Assembly (NCBI GenBank): GCA_029879605.1
Contig: JAOUQA010000001.1
Span: forward strand, 1-32,542
Direction of reading: 5' to 3'
Origin: Gammaproteobacteria bacterium
Lineage (GTDB): Bacteria > Pseudomonadota > Gammaproteobacteria > SZUA-229
DNA: 32,542 nt
Below the pieces are notes generated by a model. It did not search any database. It saw nothing but the letters and a program-made list of their open reading frames with translations, and had not been told where the DNA came from. The position numbers and the translations under genes are program-made. Positions 27,455-32,542 of this stretch are shown piece after piece. Numbering within the stretch: the first letter of the stretch is position 1; every line of letters begins with the position of its first letter.

Positions 27455-27682
27455 GCGATAGATTTGCAGCGACAGGTTTTTTGGAAATAGACTCAAATTT
27501 TCCAGTACCATTATATAAGAATTTTACTCTGTTGTTTTGCATGATTTTTACTGAGAATACGGTATTTTCGTTGTTATAGAGGATTTTATGAACGGTATTG
27601 CACCTGCTCTGATACAATTGCAATTTTTAGAGTATTCATGTGCAACAAAGGTTATCTTGATTTTACGGGTGGGATTTTCTAA

Positions 27683-29572
27683 GTGAACGTTAGTTCTTTC
27701 GAAGATATTGCAGCTGCGAAGCAGCAGGCGTTGGTACTTTGCCAGCAGGGTGATTTTGTTCAGGCAAAAAAATTACTCGATCCATTTTTTCAAAGTGGTC
27801 GGATGGATGCACAGGCATACTCTATGCTTGGGCGCATCAATTGGCAATTAGGCTATGCTGAAGAGGCCGTGCTGTGTTTGCAGGAGACCGTTAAATTTCA
27901 GCCAAATTCACCTGATATACACTATGCCCTGGGAACAGGCCTGTCTAAACTGGGTCGTTTGCCTGAGGCAGAGGCCAGCTTTAATAAGGTTCTGCAGTTT
28001 GATCCGACGAATATACAGGCGGTGCTGGAGCTGGCTATTGTCGAATTTAGTCAGCAAAAGCTGACAGAAGCAGAAGCTCACTTTAAGCAGGTTATTGAAC
28101 ACGATCCAAACATACTGAAGGCGCTGATGGGTCTGGGCAGGCTGTACCAGTTATTAAATAAACCGGAATTTGCAATTAATTATTATAATCGTGCGCTTGA
28201 AATTAATCCTGAAATTTCAGATGCGCACTATCACCTTGGTACCATTTACCTGGGCCAGGGGCAGATTGACTTAGCTGAAGACGCGTACAAAAAGGCGCAA
28301 ATGGCAGACCCCATGAATGTTGCTGTACATATGGAAATGGGCCAGCTGTATATGACCACAAATAAAATTGACCAGGCCAAGGAATCGTTTCAGAAAGCAC
28401 TTTCAATCCAGCCGGATAACCTCGATGCTATTGCCTGCGAAGCCCAGTTATATGAGCAGCTAGGCGATATAGATGCAGCGCAGGAGCGGGTTAGGCATTA
28501 TATAGAGCAGGGCGTCAAACACGTTGGTGTAGGTATTTTATTTTCTAAAATCTGCAAGCACTCTAATAGCTGTGAACAAGCAGTCGACTATCTCGAAGAT
28601 TTGATTCTTGATGCAGAAAAAAATGGCACTGGAAAAACCAGCAAAATATATTTTGCCCTGGGCAAGCTTTACGACCAGCTTGGACAATATGACAAGGCCT
28701 TTTCCTGTTTTAAGAAGGCGAATGATCAGAAGCAGGATACTTTTAATACAATCGAACACACCGGTTGTATCAGTACTTTAATTACAAGCTGCGACTGGAA
28801 CTTTTTTATGCAGGCGCCGCGCTCTACACAAAAAACAGAGCGCCCGGTGTTTATCGTTGGCATGCCAAGGTCGGGTACAACATTAACAGAGCAGATTTTA
28901 TCGAGCCATCCAGACGTTTACGGTGCGGGTGAAATTATCACGTTCCCCAATATTATAAAAAATCTATCGGCATATCTTGGTGCGGGTACAGCGTATCCAG
29001 GTAATTTATCGAACTTAACGGTAGAAATTCTCGATACACTGGCGGCCACGTATCTCGATGAAATAAACCAGCTTAACGACACAGCTTTGCGTATCGTTGA
29101 CAAAACATTAGCTAATTTCCTCTACCTTGGTTTGATCTCGCTGATGTTTCCCCATGCAAAAATTATTCACTGTAAACGTGATCCGAGAGATACGTGCCTG
29201 TCTATCTATTTCCAGAATTTTGACGAAAGCCACAATTACGCAACGCGCCTGGAAAACCTTGGTTTTTATTACAAGGAATACGAACGTGTTATGCAGCACT
29301 GGAAAAGCATACTCAGGGTTCCGATTTATGAGGTTCAGTATGAAGAGCTGGTACAAAACCAGGAAGCCATATCACGTGAATTAATCGATTTTATTGGGCT
29401 TGAATGGGATGAGCGGGTGCTCGATTTCCACAAAACTAAACGTAGTGTAGTGACGGCCAGTTATGACCAGGTACGCCAGAAAATGTACACAAGATCGACC
29501 CAGAGATGGAAAAATTACGAAAACCATATCGATGACCTGGTGCGGACACTGGGGATGGAAAAGGATAAATAA
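27683..29572 (+). CDS. TPR-repeat protein with C-terminal sulfotransferase domain (paralog D)
   Basis: The GTG start at 27683 is needed to retain the first TPR. The motifs are RPVFIVGMPRSGTTLTEQILSSHPDVYGAGEI, AKIIHCKRDPRDTCLSIYFQ and VTASYDQVRQKMYTRSTQRWKNY. It is divergent from paralog C. Confidence 0.85.
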   Translation: MNVSSFEDIAAAKQQALVLCQQGDFVQAKKLLDPFFQSGRMDAQAYSMLGRINWQLGYAEEAVLCLQETVKFQPNSPDIHYALGTGLSKLGRLPEAEASFNKVLQFDPTNIQAVLELAIVEFSQQKLTEAEAHFKQVIEHDPNILKALMGLGRLYQLLNKPEFAINYYNRALEINPEISDAHYHLGTIYLGQGQIDLAEDAYKKAQMADPMNVAVHMEMGQLYMTTNKIDQAKESFQKALSIQPDNLDAIACEAQLYEQLGDIDAAQERVRHYIEQGVKHVGVGILFSKICKHSNSCEQAVDYLEDLILDAEKNGTGKTSKIYFALGKLYDQLGQYDKAFSCFKKANDQKQDTFNTIEHTGCISTLITSCDWNFFMQAPRSTQKTERPVFIVGMPRSGTTLTEQILSSHPDVYGAGEIITFPNIIKNLSAYLGAGTAYPGNLSNLTVEILDTLAATYLDEINQLNDTALRIVDKTLANFLYLGLISLMFPHAKIIHCKRDPRDTCLSIYFQNFDESHNYATRLENLGFYYKEYERVMQHWKSILRVPIYEVQYEELVQNQEAISRELIDFIGLEWDERVLDFHKTKRSVVTASYDQVRQKMYTRSTQRWKNYENHIDDLVRTLGMEKDK

Positions 29573-30020
29573 GCAAAAATAGTAATGGATTTTACATTTG
29601 TCTATGTTTTCAATAACTTATTTTGTGTTTAGGGCAGTAAATACCCGCCTTTGGCGTGGGTAATTATCTTGACATTGTTGATATCCGCCGATAACATCAA
29701 ACCGCTTGATTTGGATGGTTTGATTCACTTCAGATGACATTCCCGGCGTAGACACACAGCATACCAGCCATAAGTGTGGGCGCTCTAAGTATGTATCTCT
29801 GAAATAGAAAAAATCAGCTGACGGCCTGCGCCATGTAGATCCGAGTCGATCACTGGGCGAGGTACAGGCTGATCTAGAAACAGATCTAGATAATAATTAT
29901 AAAAAAGAGGCATTTCTGGCCTGTTGCCCCGAATATGCTCAAAATTAATAACATATGTTTTTAGCCTGTTATGCAGGCTAAATAAATAATTGAAATTTCA
30001 AGAGGTTGAGGAATAAAGTG

Positions 30021-32542
30021 ATGTTATATAAAAAAATGAATGGTCTTATCTCGGCGAAGTCGATCGCTGTTTGTCTGCTAGCCCTGACATCACTACCCAA
30101 CAATGCCTCTGCCGCAACACATACCTTTAGTTCAGGCAATTTCACCATGCTTACTCCTACGGGAGCGCTTACCGGTGGTGCCACTGACGTCAATGGTAGT
30201 TTCGATGACTCAAAAATCTGTGATAGTGTCGCCTGTACAGACGTTGACGGTATCACGCTGGCCTCGACACAGCCCTTTTTGGGCCCCACCTGGACCGCGC
30301 ATCATGCCAGGGTCTTTGGTCCCGGTACCTATACGGTCGATACTGACTGTGATGGCACGCAGATTGCCGCTGGCACCACCTCCTGTCCCGCTAATGGCAC
30401 CACCGATACCATCGAGGGGCCTGACCTGACCTTTACCGTTAATCCCGGCCAGCTAGGCGCTCACATGCTGTTCGACTGGAGCACATCGACGAATATCGAC
30501 GTGGCCGTGGTCTGGAACTATAACACCGACTTTAATTCATCGTTTAACACAGCTGGCGGCAGCATTACCCCGGTGATCTATAATGGCGGCTGTCCTGCTG
30601 GCATCTACTGTGACGCTACCATGACCCTGGTGCGTGCCTGGAACATTACGTCTACTGATGGTAACGGCAATAACATTCCCGGCATTCCAATGGTCGATGG
30701 CCCATTCCCCAATTTCCACGCCAACTTCAACCTGGACATGACCGTGGCCTATAACCCGGTCGACGTGACCGATGATACAGCGGACACTGTCAATGGCGTT
30801 GCGGTGATTGATGTGCTGGCCAATGACTCGGATGCCGTCGATGGTACGCCGCCAGACCCGGCCGCTGTTACCGTCAATATTACTAGCGATGGCGCCCAGG
30901 CAAGTGTCGCCTCAACGGTTAACCCTGCGACAGGGGCCATTACCTATACTGCAAATACGGCTTTTTCGGGTGTTGATACGATTAAATACACCGTCACAGA
31001 TAGTGATACCAATATTTCTGCCAAGGGTAGTGTAACGATCACGGTAACCCAGACACCGGTGGCCAGTAATGTCACCTTCAGCACCAACACCGATGTACAG
31101 AAGGTAATTGCAATTACCGATTTAGGTGCTGGATCTACAGCGATTGCGACAGATGGTGATACCGCAACAGCCTCGCTGACCTTTGTCAACCTGGGCGCAA
31201 CGGCCCAGGCAGGCAATGGCAGTACTGTAACGGGTAATGGCTTAAGTTCATTAACCTATACACCACCGACGGGTCTAAATGGTCTTAGCGACACCTTCAC
31301 CTTCCAGGTGACCGATGGCGTCAATACCTCTGCAGCCATGACTATGACCATTGACGTCAACAACGTGCTGCCAGTTGCCGCTACGGACTCAGCCGGCGTG
31401 CTACCAAGTAATGCAGTCATTATCACTGTTCTGGACAATGATAGTGATGCCGAGGACGGCCCCACACCAGGTTCGCTGTCAGAACCGACTGTTACGCTGG
31501 CAATTAATACACAGGGCACTAAGGGTACAGCCGTGGCAAATGGTGATGGCACCATTACCTATACAGCCGGCACGATTACGGTTGATCCAACCCCTGACTC
31601 GTTTACCTATGACCTGACCGACAGCGATGGCGGCACCAGTACCGGTACTGTGAATGTGACCATTTCAAATACGGTCAATAATGCACCGATAGGCTATGAT
31701 TCTGCCTTCACCACGGATGCCGGCACAGCGCTGCAGATCAATATCGATACTTCAACCGGTGGTGGCCCGGGCGGCATTATCGCCGATGATAATGATACTA
31801 TCGTACAGCCCCTTACCTTCACCGCCGTATCAGCCACCTCGGCGCAGGGCGGTACAGTGAGCGTTGATGGCACCGGTAAAATCATTACCTACACGCCGGC
31901 AGCGGGATACAACGCGCTGGATGCGGCTACCGATAGCTTTACCTTTAAAGTCAGCGACGGTATTGGTACCTCGGCTGTCGCCAATACCATGACGATTACC
32001 GTGAATGCCCTGCCGCCTGTGGCCAATGATGATCTGGGTAATACCATGTTATTGACTGACGGTACTCTGAGCATTGATGTGCTGGCCAATGACACCGATG
32101 TGGAAGATGATGCGACCGCTACCGCATTGACAATAACCACTGGTTCTCTCGCGGGTGCCGATGCCGGCGATGCCGTCATCAACGCCGGTAAGATCGACTT
32201 CACGCCAACGACTGTGGGCGCGAAGAGCTTTACCTATACCGTGACCGATAGCGATGGCTTTATCTCGGGCACTGCACAGGTGGATATTACGGTAACGGCC
32301 GCGCCCACGACATCCAATAAGACACTGTCGACCAATGAGGACACGGCGCTGGTGATTACCCTGCCGGATGCCACGATCGCCGATGACCTGGACGGTGACA
32401 CGCTGGCCTTTGATGTTGTCGATGCGAGCTCAACACAGGGTGGAACTATCGTTGTAAGCACAACCACAACTGCTAATGACACACTGACCTATACACCAGC
32501 GGCGAACTATAACGGTTTGGGTGATACCTTTACCTTCTCGGT
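30021..32542 (+). CDS. Large secreted tandem-repeat (cadherin/Ig-like, tandem-95-type) adhesin-like protein, 5' part only; open to the window end
   Basis: It is absent from the ORF track because there is no stop codon in the window. I read the frame codon by codon from ATG 30021 for 840 codons without a stop; the in-frame stop upstream is TGA 29991. GAGG lies 9 nt upstream of the ATG. The signal peptide is MLYKKMNGLISAKSIAVCLLALTSLPNNASA. An N-terminal ~240-aa Cys-containing domain is followed by at least 6 repeats of ~100 aa with recurring VLANDSD/VLDNDSD/VLANDTD and TYTP..G..G.D.FTF.V.D motifs. Confidence 0.8.
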   Translation, partial: MLYKKMNGLISAKSIAVCLLALTSLPNNASAATHTFSSGNFTMLTPTGALTGGATDVNGSFDDSKICDSVACTDVDGITLASTQPFLGPTWTAHHARVFGPGTYTVDTDCDGTQIAAGTTSCPANGTTDTIEGPDLTFTVNPGQLGAHMLFDWSTSTNIDVAVVWNYNTDFNSSFNTAGGSITPVIYNGGCPAGIYCDATMTLVRAWNITSTDGNGNNIPGIPMVDGPFPNFHANFNLDMTVAYNPVDVTDDTADTVNGVAVIDVLANDSDAVDGTPPDPAAVTVNITSDGAQASVASTVNPATGAITYTANTAFSGVDTIKYTVTDSDTNISAKGSVTITVTQTPVASNVTFSTNTDVQKVIAITDLGAGSTAIATDGDTATASLTFVNLGATAQAGNGSTVTGNGLSSLTYTPPTGLNGLSDTFTFQVTDGVNTSAAMTMTIDVNNVLPVAATDSAGVLPSNAVIITVLDNDSDAEDGPTPGSLSEPTVTLAINTQGTKGTAVANGDGTITYTAGTITVDPTPDSFTYDLTDSDGGTSTGTVNVTISNTVNNAPIGYDSAFTTDAGTALQINIDTSTGGGPGGIIADDNDTIVQPLTFTAVSATSAQGGTVSVDGTGKIITYTPAAGYNALDAATDSFTFKVSDGIGTSAVANTMTITVNALPPVANDDLGNTMLLTDGTLSIDVLANDTDVEDDATATALTITTGSLAGADAGDAVINAGKIDFTPTTVGAKSFTYTVTDSDGFISGTAQVDITVTAAPTTSNKTLSTNEDTALVITLPDATIADDLDGDTLAFDVVDASSTQGGTIVVSTTTTANDTLTYTPAANYNGLGDTFTFS
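30753..32542 (+). repeat. Coding tandem repeats (~300 nt / ~100 aa units, at least 6 copies, diverged) within the adhesin gene
   Basis: Repeat boundaries recur at ...ITVT / ...TIDV / ...VTIS / ...TITV / ...DITV. DNA-level recurrence is visible, for example GATGTGCTGGCCAATGAC at about 30808 and again at about 32076. The units are diverged rather than identical. Confidence 0.7.

Noticed and set aside
29908-29925. TGGCCTGTTGC in the adhesin leader as a sigma-54 promoter
   Set aside because: The GG-to-GC spacing is 6 nt instead of the required 10 nt, and no alternative register fits.
30537-32482. A series of minus-strand ORFs of 60-104 aa (for example 30944-31216, 31256-31555, 31889-32203, 32234-32482) and + strand off-frame ORFs (30103-30429, 30808-31035, 31351-31617)
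   Set aside because: They all lie inside the 840-codon + strand adhesin frame. Their translations are low-complexity (V/T/A/S-rich) mirror images of a GC3-rich repetitive gene, and none has a signal peptide, RBS or domain features. They are shadow ORFs.
30753-32542. Periodic repeats considered as a possible CRISPR array or non-coding satellite
   Set aside because: The repeats are ~300 nt long, diverged and in one continuous reading frame with clear protein-level periodicity. There is no short identical repeat/spacer structure and there are no cas genes.
1-32542. Mobile-element boundaries (integrase, transposase, IS inverted repeats, att-like direct repeats) that could explain the GC mosaic
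   Set aside because: I found no recombinase-like ORF and no terminal inverted or direct repeats at the compositional junctions (about 1490 and about 17275). Horizontal origin therefore remains an inference from composition only.

Overview
This window is a proteobacterial-type exopolysaccharide and protein-sorting locus built around exosortase A (XrtA / PEP-CTERM system). It opens with a divergent pair of GT-B glycosyltransferases: a partial gene on the minus strand at 1-133 and a complete one at 284-1489. A tightly packed co-directional + strand block follows (1506-17268). It encodes XrtA fused to an EpsI-type domain, a WecA/MraY-family initiating transferase, and the EpsE/EpsL/EpsF/EpsG export and chain-length set. 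It also encodes a two-domain ATP-sulfurylase-like/APS-kinase protein (PAPS supply) and the signature regulators PrsT (TPR lipoprotein), PrsK (sensor kinase) and PrsR (sigma-54 enhancer-binding response regulator). The second half (17.3-29.6 kb) looks accessory. It holds four paralogous TPR+sulfotransferase proteins, one TPR+GT41 (OGT/SPINDLY-like) glycosyltransferase and an orphan 368-aa protein. It also holds one small PEP-CTERM cargo gene with a near-consensus sigma-54 promoter, strongly biased codon usage and a strong intrinsic terminator. The window ends in a long open-ended + strand ORF (30021 to the window end) that is absent from the supplied ORF track. That ORF encodes a secreted Thr/Asp-rich tandem-repeat adhesin-like protein whose N-terminal domain is homologous to the small PEP-CTERM protein. 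The most interesting hypothesis is a dedicated PAPS-dependent sulfation (plus GT41 glycosylation) module coupled to exosortase A and its cargo. I saw no rRNA, tRNA, CRISPR array, transposase or integrase. All family calls come from motif recognition by eye; no database search or computation was run.
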